Positions 11,906-27,991 of a stretch of DNA of 60,000 bases are shown here, in pieces. The stretch comes from Laetmonice hystrix (lineage: Eukaryota), in the NCBI GenBank assembly GCA_965235115.1, contig OZ249436.1, positions 50,594,001 through 50,654,000 of the forward strand, written 5' to 3'. The translations under genes were made by a program, and so were the position numbers. Below the pieces are notes generated by a model. It ran no database searches and was not told the origin of the DNA. It worked only from the letters and a program-made list of their open reading frames with translations. The stretch's first letter is position 1. The number at the start of each line of letters is the position of its first letter.

Positions 11906-14900
11906 GATGCTCCTCGCCAGTACCTTTCATTTCCACTACCTCACTGTAGTGTTTGCATGGCTACTAGGCCAGTCGGTAAAATGTAGGGACTTCTCACTCT
12001 ACTGGTTGGCCTCCCACACTGCTTGGCCTCACAGTGTACTGTTTGGCCTCACTGTACTCTTTGGCCTCACTGTAGTGTTCGCTGGGGTGCTAGGCCAGCC
12101 AGTACCTTGTAGGGATTTCTCACTGTACCGTTTGTCCTCCCTGTACCGTTTGCTTGTATACAACAGTAGCCAGTAATATAGGGACGCCTCATGTTTCATG
12201 TTTCCATGCCTTTATTGTCCAGGAGGCAGGCCATACGTTTCGTCTATCATCTAGTCCCATCTAAGCTATGTCCCCTAGAGACCATCTGTAAGCGTGCGAT
12301 AACGTTGTCAGGTCGTCCCAGTGACTGTTTGGCGTAAAGGTTTAGTTAACAATGCCAAATGACGTTGTACGCCTTTTCTATATCAGATATTCCATCCCCA
12401 AGTAAGAAACAAACAAAGAAAGAGTACAGATATGTTGCAGGCAAGAAACATCAGGGTGCAGCGCAGCTCTACTGAAGCGGCGGCGGGGGCGGCGACTGCA
12501 CTGCCATCTTTCGGTTACCGATGGAATCACCACGTATAACTGGCCGGGCTGGCAGGCACCTGTGGCTCTGAGGTTAAAGCAATGAGAAGCGAAAAATGGC
12601 TACATTTCTCATACGTCAAATTGAAACTACGCCCCCCCCCCCAAAGTTATGATTCTTAGGCCAGATGTATAACTGTCAAACGTATAGGTCTCGTACGTTC
12701 GCTACAGATATATGGTTGTGATGTGTATACTTCCCATTTGAGTATCGTCTCCAGATTTTAACATTAGATGCTCCTCGCCAGTACCTTTCATTTGCACTAC
12801 GTCACTGTAGTGTTTGCATGGCTACTAGGCCAGTCGGTAATATGTAGGGACTTCTCACTATACTGGTTGGCCTCCCACACTGCTTGGCCTCACAGTGTAC
12901 TGTTTGGCCTCACTGTACTCTTTGGCCTCACTGTAGTGTTCGCTGGGGTGCTAGGCCAGCCAGTACCTTGTAGCGATTCCTCACTGTACCGTTTGTCCTC
13001 CCTGTACCGTTTGCTTGTATACAACAGTAGCCAGTAATATAGGGACGCCTCATGTTTCATGTTTCCATGCCTTTATTGTCCAGGAGGCAGGCCATACGTT
13101 TCGTCTATCATCTAGTCCCATCTAATCTATGTCCCCATAGAGACCATCTGTAAGCGTGCGACAACGTTGTCAGGTCGTCCCAGTGACTGTTTGGCGTAAA
13201 GGTTTAGTTAACAATGCCAAATGACGTTGTACGCCTTTTCTATATCAGATATTCCATCCCCAAGTAAGAAACAAACAAAGAAAGAGTACAGAGATGTTGC
13301 AGGCAAGAAACACCAGGGTGCAGCGCAGCTCTACTGAAGCGGCGGCGGGGGCGGCGACTGCACTGCCATCTTCCGGCTACCGGTGGAATCACCACGTATA
13401 CCTGGCTGGGCTGGCAGGCACCTGTGGCTCTTAGGTTAAAGCAATGAGAAGCGAAAAATGGCTACATTTCTGATACGTCAAATTGAAACTACGCCCCCCC
13501 CCAAAGTTATGATTCTTAGGCCAGATGTATAACTGTCAAAGGTATAGGTCTCGTACGTTCGCTACAGATATATGGTTGTGATGTGTATACTTCCCATTTG
13601 AGTATCTTCTCCAGATTTTAACATTAGATGCTCCTCGCCAGTACCTTTCATTTCCACTACCTCACTGTAGTGTTTGCATGGCTACTAGGCCAGTCGGTAA
13701 TATGTAGGGACTTCTCACTATACTGGTTGGCCTCCCACACTGCTTGGCCTCACAGTGTACTGTTTGGCCTCACTGTACTCTTTGGCCTCACTGTAGTGTT
13801 CGCTGGGGTGCTAGGCCAGCCAGTACCTTTTAGCGATTCCTCACTGTATCGTTTGTCCTCCCTGTACCGTTTCCTTGTATACAACAGTAGCCAGTAATAT
13901 AGGGACGCCTCATGTTTCATGTTTCCATGCCTTTATTGTCCAGGAGGCAGGCCATACGTTTCGTCTATCATCTAGTCCCATCTAATCTATGTCCGCTAGA
14001 GACCATCTGTAAGCGTGCGACAACGTTGTCAGGTCGTCCCAATGACTGTTTGGCGTAAAGGTTTAGTTAACAATGGCAAATGACGTTGTACGCCTTTTCT
14101 ATATCAGATGTCCCATCCCCAAATAAGAAACAAACAAAGAAAGAGTACAGAGATGTTGCAGGCAAGAAACACCAGGGTGCAGCGCAGCTCTACTGAAGCG
14201 GCGGCGGGGGCGGCGACTGCACTGCCATCTTTCGGTTACCGATGGAATCACCACGTATAACTGGCCGGGCTGGCAGGCCCCTGTGGCTCTGAGGTTAAAG
14301 CAATTAGAAGCGAAAGATGGCTACATTTCTCATACGTCAAATTGAAACTACGCCAACCAAAGTTATGATTCTTAGGCCAGATGTATAACTGTCAAACGTA
14401 TAGGTCTCGTACGTTCGCTACAGATATATGGTTGTGATGTGTATACTTCCCATTTGAGTATCGTCTCCAGATTTTAACATTAGATGCTCCTCGCCAGTAC
14501 CTTTCATTTGCACTACGTCACTGTAGTGTTTGCATGGCTACTAGGCCAGTCGGTAATATGTAGGGACTTCTCACTATACTGGTTGGCCTCCCACACTGCT
14601 TGGCCTCACAGTGTACTGTTTGGCCTCACTGTACTCTTTGGCCTCACTGTTGTGTTTACTGGGGTGCTAGGCCAGCCAGTACCTTGTAGCGATTCCTCAC
14701 TGTACCGTTTGTCCTCCCTGTACCGTTTGATTGTATACAAGAGTAGCCAGTAATATAGGGACGCCTAATGTTTCATGTCTCCATGCCTTTATTGTCCAGC
14801 ACGCAGGCCATACGTTTCGTCTATCATCTACTCCCATCTAATCTGTGTCCCCTGCAGACGATCTGTCAGCGTGCGACAACGTTGTCAGGTCGTCCCAATG

Positions 14901-15348
14901 ACTGTTTGCCGTAAAGGTTTAGTTAACAATGGCAAATGACGTTGTGCGCCTTTTCTATATCAGATATCCCACCCCCCAGGAAGAAACAAACAAAGAAAGA
15001 GTACAGAGATGTTGCAGGCAAGAAACACCAGGGTGCAGCGCAGCTCTACTGAAGCGGCGGCGGGGGCGCGACTGCACTGCCATCTTCCGGCTACCGGTGA
15101 AATCACCACGTATACCTGGCCTGGCTGGCAGCCACCTGTGGCTCTTGGGTTAAAGCAATGAGAAGCAAAAAATGGCTACAATCCTGATACGTCAAATTGA
15201 AACTACGCCCCCAAAGTTATGATTCTTAGGCCAGATGCATAAATGTCAAACGTATAGATCTCGTACGTTCGCTACAGATATATGGTTGTGATGTGTATAG
15301 GGCCTACTTCCCCTTTGAGTATCTTCTCCAGATTTTAACATTCGATGC

Positions 15349-16072
15349 TGTAGCAACCACTTTTGTCATTTTTACCACTTTTTTCACAGGTCACCACTTT
15401 TGTCGCACACACTGCCCACCTTCGTCACGGGTCACCACTTTTGTCCCAAAATAGCCCACTTTTGTCGTTCTCGAGGGCACCACTTTATTCATAATTTTCG
15501 GACTGTCATACACCATGCACTGTGCCCACTTTTGTCACACCGAACACTTCTTCCTAATAACCTAGTTGTCGACTGAAAAATCCCCCCACCCCTCCTGTGA
15601 TATACCTGGCTACTTGTATCATTCTGGCCTACAATGTAAGTAGCCTCCCCATGTCGGGATAGTTATTGATGTCTTTGTGTGAAATTTGTGCTTAACGTGC
15701 TGCTAATAATGCGTAGGCTCGAAAGTTATAAAATTTGGCACCGGTAAAAGAAAAGGCTGGAGAAGGCGTGTAAATGTATTTTCAACTTTTTCATTTCATT
15801 TTGAACAAAAGGGGATCCTCCCAGCCAGGTCTGCTTCGGTGCGCCGTGCAGAGTAGTGGTAGTATAGAATGTAAGTGAGAGAGATAGAGAGAGAGACAGA
15901 CAGAGACAGACAGAGACAGGCAGAGGGGAAAGAGAGATAGGGGAGGGCAATAGAGAGAGAGGGAGAAAGAGAGAGAGAGGGTGAGAGAGAGAGAGGGAGA
16001 AAGGAGAGATATGGGGGAGGGCGAGAGGGAGGGAGAAAGAGAGATATGGGGGAGAGGCAAAGGGATGCAGAT

Positions 16073-16126
<54 letters not shown>

Positions 16127-17539
16127 AAAGAAGAAAAAGTGAATTTGGTCTTAGTCGACTAGATTCGTTCATCCTACCGTTCGAAGATCTGACGTCTGAG
16201 ACAACACGTGATAACCCAATGATAGCCGCCATACGGAACCGTGCCACAGATCGACCCACTGACGGGGAACGGGTTGTATTGCTACATCCCTTTAGAAGAG
16301 TCATGTCGCACTTTTCTCAGGCTTGCACCCTCCCGCCTCCAAGTGGACACTAAGTGACTCATCATACTGTCAGTGTTTGAACCATCAGCACGTGTTGCCA
16401 GACTACGACCGAACGTGGACCCATGCAAGCTCCTTCCGACCCATCAGCCAGTTCATGGGAGACAGACCCGAGTGTATCTAAGCGATACTTTCAGACGTGA
16501 CCGTTCACTTTACATTTAACCAGTGGTTTCCTGGCTTTATATAGTGGGGAGGTCAAGCTGGACCTCCAGAGTGGTGTCCCACACAACCACATTGTTTTAC
16601 TAAGATAAAAACATTTTACAGGCAACAACCAAAGCCCTGGAGGTGTAGATCTCGTCTGTAGCACTAAAAATAGGGGGACCATCCATAGTTTCTTCCTGCA
16701 AGTTGATTTCATTAAAACATATTAATAAAAATGATAAAATCAGGGCACCATGGACAATGAGGCACGTGACCCCGACGTTCTGCATACGACAGTCGTCACC
16801 CAACGTCAAGGTCAACATAGTTACAGTCATTTATATACAAATTAGGATCTCACCTCCAAAACCAATTGCATACATGGCTGTATTTTAGTGCGTTCTTTAC
16901 CACAAAGCAATATAAGTGAACCCCGACTTAAAGTTCAGAAGGTTTTACAGGTAGAACATATTTCACATTAATCAAGACACCATTTCCACCGTCCTGTCTG
17001 TCCAAATGAAAACAAGGTGTACAACCAATCATGTCTGGCGGTGTCATACTGTCTACAGGTAAAACTGTTGACTGTAACTGACTGACTGACGTACAAAGTC
17101 GCCGGCGTGAGGTGTTACAAACAAACCTGGACAATAGAAACCACTATACCTGGTATTTATAGCACAAGACGTTATTAGAGGAGGGCGTATACTGTCATAG
17201 CTTTCACCTACTCTGTTTACCACACAGATCTTGCTTACTTGATTATTGTTTGTTCATGAAGGAGTAAAAGTTTTAATATCAACTAATGCAATATGTGCCC
17301 CCTGACTTCATGGATCTGTTATCCGTAAACCATCTCATTTCTGCCACGCTGTCTTTTTTGGCCTTGACAAGTTTAACAAAACTGGTCAAAAAATTATGAC
17401 TAACGTGATGTCCTTAAGAACGACAAAAGTGGGCAACGTTGTGACAAAAGTGGTGACCTGTGACAAAAGTGGGCATTTTGTGTGACAAAAGTGGTGACCT
17501 GTGACAAAAGTGGTAAAAATGACAAAAGTGGTTGTTACA
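15349..17539 (+). mobile_element. Element B copy 3
   Basis: Near-identical to copy 2, same GATGC flanks. Confidence 0.9.
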
Positions 17540-20500
17540 GATGCTCCTCGCCAGTACCTTTCATTTCCACTACCTCACTGTAGTGTTTGCATGGCTACTA
17601 GGCCAGTCGGTAAAATGTAGGGACTTCTCACTCTACTGGTTGGCCTCCCACACTGCTTGGCCTCACAGTGTACTGTTTGGCCTCACTGTACTCTTTGGCC
17701 TCACTGTAGTGTTCGCTGGGGTGCTAGGCCAGCCAGTACCTTGTAGGGATTTCTCACTGTACCGTTTGTCCTCCCTGTACCGTTTGCTTGTATACAACAG
17801 TAGCCAGTAATATAGGGACGCCTCATGTTTCATGTTTCCATGCCTTTATTGTCCAGGAGGCAGGCCATACGTTTCGTCTATCATCTAGTCCCATCTAAGC
17901 TATGTCCCCTAGAGACCATCTGTAAGCGTGCGATAACGTTGTCAGGTCGTCCCAGTGACTGTTTGGCGTAAAGGTTTAGTTAACAATGCCAAATGACGTT
18001 GTACGCCTTTTCTATATCAGATATTCCATCCCCAAGTAAGAAACAAACAAAGAAAGAGTACAGATATGTTGCAGGCAAGAAACATCAGGGTGCAGCGCAG
18101 CTCTACTGAAGCGGCGGCGGGGGCGGCGACTGCACTGCCATCTTTCGGTTACCGATGGAATCACCACGTATAACTGGCCGGGCTGGCAGGCACCTGTGGC
18201 TCTGAGGTTAAAGCAATGAGAAGCGAAAAATGGCTACATTTCTCATACGTCAAATTGAAACTACGCCCCCCCCCCCCAAAGTTATGATTCTTAGGCCAGA
18301 TGTATAACTGTCAAACGTATAGGTCTCGTACGTTCGCTACAGATATATGGTTGTGATGTGTATACTTCCCATTTGAGTATCGTCTCCAGATTTTAACATT
18401 AGATGCTCCTCGCCAGTACCTTTCATTTGCACTACGTCACTGTAGTGTTTGCATGGCTACTAGGCCAGTCGGTAATATGTAGGGACTTCTCACTATACTG
18501 GTTGGCCTCCCACACTGCTTGGCCTCACAGTGTACTGTTTGGCCTCACTGTACTCTTTGGCCTCACTGTAGTGTTCGCTGGGGTGCTAGGCCAGCCAGTA
18601 CCTTGTAGCGATTCCTCACTGTACCGTTTGTCCTCCCTGTACCGTTTGCTTGTATACAACAGTAGCCAGTAATATAGGGACGCCTCATGTTTCATGTTTC
18701 CATGCCTTTATTGTCCAGGAGGCAGGCCATACGTTTCGTCTATCATCTAGTCCCATCTAATCTATGTCCCCATAGAGACCATCTGTAAGCGTGCGACAAC
18801 GTTGTCAGGTCGTCCCAGTGACTGTTTGGCGTAAAGGTTTAGTTAACAATGCCAAATGACGTTGTACGCCTTTTCTATATCAGATATTCCATCCCCAAGT
18901 AAGAAACAAACAAAGAAAGAGTACAGAGATGTTGCAGGCAAGAAACACCAGGGTGCAGCGCAGCTCTACTGAAGCGGCGGCGGGGGCGGCGACTGCACTG
19001 CCATCTTCCGGCTACCGGTGGAATCACCACGTATACCTGGCTGGGCTGGCAGGCACCTGTGGCTCTTAGGTTAAAGCAATGAGAAGCGAAAAATGGCTAC
19101 ATTTCTGATACGTCAAATTGAAACTACGCCCCCCCCCCAAAGTTATGATTCTTAGGCCAGATGTATAACTGTCAAAGGTATAGGTCTCGTACGTTCGCTA
19201 CAGATATATGGTTGTGATGTGTATACTTCCCATTTGAGTATCTTCTCCAGATTTTAACATTAGATGCTCCTCGCCAGTACCTTTCATTTCCACTACCTCA
19301 CTGTAGTGTTTGCATGGCTACTAGGCCAGTCGGTAATATGTAGGGACTTCTCACTATACTGGTTGGCCTCCCACACTGCTTGGCCTCACAGTGTACTGTT
19401 TGGCCTCACTGTACTCTTTGGCCTCACTGTAGTGTTCGCTGGGGTGCTAGGCCAGCCAGTACCTTTTAGCGATTCCTCACTGTATCGTTTGTCCTCCCTG
19501 TACCGTTTCCTTGTATACAACAGTAGCCAGTAATATAGGGACGCCTCATGTTTCATGTTTCCATGCCTTTATTGTCCAGGAGGCAGGCCATACGTTTCGT
19601 CTATCATCTAGTCCCATCTAATCTATGTCCGCTAGAGACCATCTGTAAGCGTGCGACAACGTTGTCAGGTCGTCCCAATGACTGTTTGGCGTAAAGGTTT
19701 AGTTAACAATGGCAAATGACGTTGTACGCCTTTTCTATATCAGATGTCCCATCCCCAAATAAGAAACAAACAAAGAAAGAGTACAGAGATGTTGCAGGCA
19801 AGAAACACCAGGGTGCAGCGCAGCTCTACTGAAGCGGCGGCGGGGGCGGCGACTGCACTGCCATCTTTCGGTTACCGATGGAATCACCACGTATAACTGG
19901 CCGGGCTGGCAGGCCCCTGTGGCTCTGAGGTTAAAGCAATTAGAAGCGAAAGATGGCTACATTTCTCATACGTCAAATTGAAACTACGCCAACCAAAGTT
20001 ATGATTCTTAGGCCAGATGTATAACTGTCAAACGTATAGGTCTCGTACGTTCGCTACAGATATATGGTTGTGATGTGTATACTTCCCATTTGAGTATCGT
20101 CTCCAGATTTTAACATTAGATGCTCCTCGCCAGTACCTTTCATTTGCACTACGTCACTGTAGTGTTTGCATGGCTACTAGGCCAGTCGGTAATATGTAGG
20201 GACTTCTCACTATACTGGTTGGCCTCCCACACTGCTTGGCCTCACAGTGTACTGTTTGGCCTCACTGTACTCTTTGGCCTCACTGTTGTGTTTACTGGGG
20301 TGCTAGGCCAGCCAGTACCTTGTAGCGATTCCTCACTGTACCGTTTGTCCTCCCTGTACCGTTTGATTGTATACAAGAGTAGCCAGTAATATAGGGACGC
20401 CTAATGTTTCATGTCTCCATGCCTTTATTGTCCAGCACGCAGGCCATACGTTTCGTCTATCATCTACTCCCATCTAATCTGTGTCCCCTGCAGACGATCT

Positions 20501-20984
20501 GTCAGCGTGCGACAACGTTGTCAGGTCGTCCCAATGACTGTTTGCCGTAAAGGTTTAGTTAACAATGGCAAATGACGTTGTGCGCCTTTTCTATATCAGA
20601 TATCCCACCCCCAAGTAAGAAACAAACAAAGAAAGAGTACAGAGATGTTGCAGGCAAGAAACACCAGGGTGCAGCGCAGCTCTACTGAAGCGGCGGCGGG
20701 GGCGCGACTGCACTGCCATCTTCCGGCTACCGGTGAAATCACCACGTATACCTGGCCGGGCTGGCAGCCACCTGTGGCTCTTGGGTTAAAGCAATGAGAA
20801 GCAAAAAATGGCTACAATCCTGATACGTCAAATTGAAACTACGCCCCCAAAGTTATGATTCTTAGGCCAGATGCATAACTGTCAAACGTATAGATCTCGT
20901 ACGTTCGCTACAGATATATGGTTGTGATGTGTATAGGGCCTACTTCCCATTTGAGTATCTTCTCCAGATGTTAACATTCGATGC

Positions 20985-21614
20985 TGTAGCAACCACTTTT
21001 GTCATTTTTACCACTTTTTTCACAGGTCACCACTTTTGTCGCACACACTGCCCACCTTCGTCACGGGTCACCACTTTTGTCCCAAAATAGCCCACTTTTG
21101 TCGTTCTCGAGGGCACCACTTTATTCATAATTTTCGGACTGTCATACACCATGCACTGTGCCCACTTTTGTCACACCGAACACTTCTTCCTAATAACCTA
21201 GTTGTCGACTGAAAAATCCCCCCACCCCTCCTGTGATATACCTGGCTACTTGTATCATTCTGGCCTACAATGTATGTAGCCTCCCCATGTCGGGATAGTT
21301 ATTGATGTCTTTGTGTGAAATTTGTGCTTAACGTGCTGCTAATAATGCGTAGGCTCGCAAGTTATAAAATTTGGCACCGGTAAAAGAAAAGGCTGGAGAA
21401 GGCGTGTAAATGTATTTTCAACTTTTTCATTTCATTTTGAACAAAAGGGGATCCTCCCAGCCAGGTCTGCTTCGGTGCGCCGTGCAGAGTAGTGGTAGTA
21501 TAGAATGTAAGTGAGAGAGATAGAGAGAGAGACAGACAGAGACAGACAGAGACAGGCAGAGGGGAAAGAGAGATAGGGGAGGGCAATAGAGAGAGAGGGA
21601 GAAAGAGAGAGAGA

Positions 21615-21660
<46 letters not shown>

Positions 21661-21730
21661 AAGGAGATATGGGGGAGGGCGAGAGGGAGGGAGAAAGAGA
21701 GATATGGGGGAGAGGCAAAGGGATGCAGAT

Positions 21731-21804
<74 letters not shown>

Positions 21805-23217
21805 AAAGAAGAAAAAGTGAATTTGGTCTTAGTCGACTAGATTCGTTCATCCTACCGTTCGAAGATCTGGCGTCTGAGACAACACGTGATAACCCAATGA
21901 TAGCCGCCATACGGAACCGTGCCACAGATCGACCCACTGACGGGGAACGGGTTGTATTGCTACATCCCTTTAGAAGAGTCATGTCGCACTTTTCTCAGGC
22001 TTGCACCCTCCCGCCTCCAAGTGGACACTAAGTGACTCATCATACTGTCAGTGTTTGAACCATCAGCACGTGTTGCCAGACTACGACCGAACGTGGACCC
22101 ATGCAAGCTCCTTCCGACCCATCAGCCAGTTCATGGGAGACAGACCCGAGTCTATCTAAGCGATACTTTCAGACGTGACCGTTCACTTTACATTTAACCA
22201 GTGGTTTCCTGGCTTTATATAGTGGGGAGGTCAAGCTGGACCTCCAGAGTGGTGTCCCACACAACCACATTGTTTTACTAAGATAAAAACATTTTACAGG
22301 CAACAACCAAAGCCCTGGAGGTGGAGATCTCGTCTGTAGCACTAAAAATAGGGGGACCATCCATAGTTTCTTCCTGCAAGTTGATTTCATTAAAACATAT
22401 TAATAAAAATGATAAAATCAGGGCACCATGAACAATGAGGCACGTGACCCCGACGTTCTGCATACGACAGTCGTCACCCAACGTCAAGGTCAACATAGTT
22501 ACAGTCATTTATATACAAATTAGGATCTCACCTCCAAAACCAATTGCCTACATGGCTGTATTTTAGTGCGTTCTTTACCACAAAGCAATATAAGTGAACC
22601 CCGACTTAAAGTTCAGAAGGTTTTACAGGTAGAACATATTTCACATTAATCAAGACACCATTTCCACCGTCCTGTCTGTCCAAATGAAAACAAGGTGTAC
22701 AACCAAGCATGTCTGGCGGTGTCATACTGTCTACAGGTAAAACTGTTGACTGTAACTGACTGACTGACGTACAAAGTCGCCGGCGTGAGGTGTTACAAAC
22801 AAACCTGGACAATAGAAACCACTATACCTGGTATTTATAGCACAAGACGTTATTAGAGGAGGGCGTATACTGTCATAGCTTTCACCTACTCTGTTTACCA
22901 CACAGATCTTGCTTACTTGATTATTGTTTGTTCATGAAGGAGTAAAAGTTTTAATATCAACTAATGCAATATGTGCCCCCTGACTTCATGGATCTGTTAT
23001 CCGTAAACCATCTCATTTCTGCCACGCTGTCTTTTTTGGCCTTGACAAGTTTAACAAAACTGGTCAAAAAATTATGACTAACGTGATGTCCTTAAGAACG
23101 ACAAAAGTGGGCAACGTTGTGACAAAAGTGGTGACCTGTGACAAAAGTGGGCATTTTGTGTGACAAAAGTGGTGACCTGTGACAAAAGTGGTAAAAATGA
23201 CAAAAGTGGTTGTTACA
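20985..23217 (+). mobile_element. Element B copy 4
   Basis: Same termini and flanks, longer (GA)n tracts, private variants GGTGGAGATC and CATGAACAAT. Confidence 0.9.
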
Positions 23218-25794
23218 GATGCTCCTCGCCAGTACCTTTCATTTCCACTACCTCACTGTAGTGTTTGCATGGCTACTAGGCCAGTCGGTAAAATGTAGGG
23301 ACTTCTCACTCTACTGGTTGGCCTCCCACACTGCTTGGCCTCACAGTGTACTGTTTGGCCTCACTGTACTCTTTGGCCTCACTGTAGTGTTCGCTGGGGT
23401 GCTAGGCCAGCCAGTACCTTGTAGTGATTTCTCACTGTACCGTTTGTCCTCCCTGTACCGTTTGCTTGTATACAACAGTAGCCAGTAATATAGGGACGCC
23501 TCATGTTTCATGTTTCCATGCCTTTATTGTCCAGGAGGCAGGCCATACGTTTCGTCTATCATCTAGTCCCATCTAATCTATGTCCCCTAGAGACCATCTG
23601 TAAGCGTGCGACAACGTTGTCAGGTCGTCCCAGTGACTGTTTGGCGTAAAGGTTTAGTTAACAATGCCAAATGACGTTGTACGCCTTTTCTATATCAGAT
23701 ATTCCATCCCCAAGTAAGAAACAAACAAAGAAAGAGTACAGAGATGTTGCAGGCAAGAAACACCAGGGTGCAGCGCAGCTCTACTGAAGCGGCGGCGGGG
23801 ACAGCGACTACACTGCCATCTTCCGGCTACCGGTGGAATCACCACGCATAACTGGCCGGGCTGGCAGGCACCTGTGGCTCTTAGGTTAAAGCAATGAGAA
23901 GCAAAAAATGGCTACATTTCTGATACGTCAAATTAAAACTACGCCCCCAAAGTTATGATTCTTAGGCCAGATGTATAACTGTCAAACGTATAGGTCTCGT
24001 ACGTTCGCTACAGATATATGGTTGTGATGCGTATACTTCCCATTTGAGTATCTTCTCCAGATTTTAACATTAGATGCTCCTCGCCAGTACCTTTAATTTC
24101 CACTACCTCACTGTAGTGTTTGCATGGCTACTAGGCCAGTCGGTAAAATGTAGGGACTTCTCTCTATACTGGTTGGCCTCCCACACTGCTTGGCCTCACA
24201 GTGTACTCTTTGGCTTCACTGTACTCTTTGGCCTCACTGTAGTGTTCGCTGGGGTGCTAGGCCAGCCAGTACCTTGTAGCGATTCCTTACTGTACCGTTT
24301 GTCCTCCCTGTACCGTTTGCTTGTATACAACAGTAACCACTAATATAGGGACGCCTCATGTTTCATGTTTCCATGCCTTTATTGTCCAGGAGGCAGGCGA
24401 TACGTTTCGTCTATCATCTACTCCCATCTAATCTATGTCCCCTAGAGACCATCTGTAAGCGTGCGACAACGTTGTCAGGTCGTCCCAATGACTGTTTGCC
24501 GTAAAGGTTTAGTTAACAATGGCAAATGACGTTGTACGCCTTTTCTATATCAGATGTCCCATCCCCAAATAAGAAACAAACAAAGAAAGAGTACAGAGAT
24601 GTTGCAGGCAAGAAACACCAGGGTGCAGCGCAGCTCTACTGAAGCGGCGGCGGGGGCGGCGACTGCACTGCCATCTTTCGGTTACCGATGGAATCACCAC
24701 GTATAACTGGCCGGGCTGGCAGGCCCCTGTGGCTCTGAGGTTAAAGCAATTAGAAGCGAAAGATGGCTACATTTCTCATACGTCAAATTGAAACTACGCC
24801 AACCAAAGTTATGATTCTTAGGCCAGATGTATAACTGTCAAACGTATAGGTCTCGTACGTTCGCTACAGATATATGGTTGTGATGTGTATACTTCCCATT
24901 TGAGTATCGTCTCCAGATTTTAACATTAGATGCTCCTCGCCAGTACCTTTCATTTGCACTACGTCACTGTAGTGTTTGCATGGCTACTAGGCCAGTCGGT
25001 AATATGTAGGGACTTCTCACTATACTGGTTGGCCTCCCACACTGCTTGGCCTCACAGTGTACTGTTTGGCCTCACTGTACTCTTTGGCCTCACTGTTGTG
25101 TTTACTGGGGTGCTAGGCCAGCCAGTACCTTGTAGCGATTCCTCACTGTACCGTTTGTCCTCCCTGTACCGTTTGCTTGTATACAAGAGTAGCCAGTAAT
25201 ATAGGGACGCCTAATGTTTCATGTCTCCATGCCTTTATTGTCCAGCACGCAGGCCATACGTTTCGTCTATCATCTACTCCCATCTAATCTGTGTCCCCTG
25301 CAGACGATCTGTCAGCGTGCGACAACGTTGTCAGGTCGTCCCAATGACTGTTTGCCGTAAAGGTTTAGTTAACAATGGCAAATGACGTTGTGCGCCTTTT
25401 CTATATCAGATATCCCACCCCCCAGGAAGAAACAAACAAAGAAAGAGTACAGAGATGTTGCAGGCAAGAAACACCAGGGTGCAGCGCAGCTCTACTGAAG
25501 CGGCGGCGGGGGCGCGACTGCACTGCCATCTTCCGGCTACCGGTGAAATCACCACGTATACCTGGCCGGGCTGGCAGCCACCTGTGGCTCTTGGGTTAAA
25601 GCAATGAGAAGCAAAAAATGACTACAATCCTGATACGTCAAATTGAAACTACGCCCCCAAAGTTATGATTCTTAGGCCAGATGCATAAATGTCAAACGTA
25701 TAGATCTCGTACGTTCGCTACAGATATATGGTTGTGATGTGTATAGGGCCTACTTCCCCTTTGAGTATCTTCTCCAGATTTTAACATTCGATGC

Positions 25795-26520
25795 TGTAGC
25801 AACCACTTTTGTCATTTTTACCACTTTTTTCACAGGTCACCACTTTTGTCGCACACACTGCCCACCTTCGTCACGGGTCACCACTTTTGTCCCAAAATAG
25901 CCCACTTTTGTCGTTCTCGAGGGCACCACTTTATTCATAATTTTCGGACTGTCATACACCATGCACTGTGCCCACTTTTGTCACACCGAACACTTCTTCC
26001 TAATAACCTAGTTGTCGACTGAAAAATCCCCCCACCCCTCCTGTGATATACCTGGCTACTTGTATCATTCTGGCCTACAATGTAAGTAGCCTCCCCATGT
26101 CGGGATAGTTATTGATGTCTTTGTGTGAAATTTGTGCTTAACGTGCTGCTAATAATGCGTAGGCTCGAAAGTTATAAAATTTGGCACCGGTAAAAGAAAA
26201 GGCTGGAGAAGGCGTGTAAATGTATTTTCAACTTTTTCATTTCATTTTGAACAAAAGGGGATCCTCCCAGCCAGGTCTGCTTCGGTGCGCCGTGCAGAGT
26301 AGTGGTAGTATAGAATGTAAGTGAGAGAGATAGAGAGAGAGACAGACAGAGACAGACAGAGACAGGCAGAGGGGAAAGAGAGATAGGGGAGGGCAATAGA
26401 GAGAGAGGGAGAAAGAGAGAGAGAGGGTGAGAGAGAGAGAGAGGGAGAAAGGAGAGATATGGGGGAGGGCGAGAGGGAGGGAGAAAGAGAGATATGGGGG
26501 AGAGGCAAAGGGATGCAGAT

Positions 26521-26578
<58 letters not shown>

Positions 26579-27991
26579 AAAGAAGAAAAAGTGAATTTGG
26601 TCTTAGTCGACTAGATTCGTTCATCCTACCGTTCGAAGATCTGACGTCTGAGACAACACGTGATAACCCAATGATAGCCGCCATACGGAACCGTGCCACA
26701 GATCGACCCACTGACGGGGAACGGGTTGTATTGCTACATCCCTTTAGAAGAGTCATGTCGCACTTTTCTCAGGCTTGCACCCTCCCGCCTCCAAGTGGAC
26801 ACTAAGTGACTCATCATACTGTCAGTGTTTGAACCATCAGCACGTGTTGCCAGACTACGACCGAACGTGGACCCATGCAAGCTCCTTCCGACCCATCAGC
26901 CAGTTCATGGGAGACAGACCCGAGTCTATCTAAGCGATACTTTCAGACGTGACCGTTCACTTTACATTTAACCAGTGGTTTCCTGGCTTTATATAGTGGG
27001 GAGGTCAAGCTGGACCTCCAGAGTGGTGTCCCACACAACCACATTGTTTTACTAAGATAAAAACATTTTACAGGCAACAACCAAAGCCCTGGAGGTGTAG
27101 ATCTCGTCTGTAGCACTAAAAATAGGGGGACCATCCATAGTTTCTTCCTGCAAGTTGATTTCATTAAAACATATTAATAAAAATGATAAAATCAGGGCAC
27201 CATGGACAATGAGGCACGTGACCCCGACGTTCTGCATACGACAGTCGTCACCCAACGTCAAGGTCAACATAGTTACAGTCATTTATATACAAATTAGGAT
27301 CTCACCTCCAAAACCAATTGCATACATGGCTGTATTTTAGTGCGTTCTTTACCACAAAGCAATATAAGTGAACCCCGACTTAAAGTTCAGAAGGTTTTAC
27401 AGGTAGAACATATTTCACATTAATCAAGACACCATTTCCACCGTCCTGTCTGTCCAAATGAAAACAAGGTGTACAACCAAGCATGTCTGGCGGTGTCATA
27501 CTGTCTACAGGTAAAACTGTTGACTGTAACTGACTGACTGACGTACAAAGTCGCCGGCGTGAGGTGTTACAAACAAACCTGGACAATAGAAACCACTATA
27601 CCTGGTATTTATAGCACAAGACGTTATTAGAGGAGGGCGTATACTGTCATAGCTTTCACCTACTCTGTTTACCACACAGATCTTGCTTACTTGATTATTG
27701 TTTGTTCATGAAGGAGTAAAAGTTTTAATATCAACTAATGCAATATGTGCCCCCTGACTTCATGGATCTGTTATCCGTAAACCATCTCATTTCTGCCACG
27801 CTGTCTTTTTTGGCCTTGACAAGTTTAACAAAACTGGTCAAAAAATTATGACTAACGTGATGTCCTTAAGAACGACAAAAGTGGGCAACGTTGTGACAAA
27901 AGTGGTGACCTGTGACAAAAGTGGGCATTTTGTGTGACAAAAGTGGTGACCTGTGACAAAAGTGGTAAAAATGACAAAAGTGGTTGTTACA
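25795..27991 (+). mobile_element. Element B copy 5
   Basis: Same termini and GATGC flanks. Confidence 0.9.
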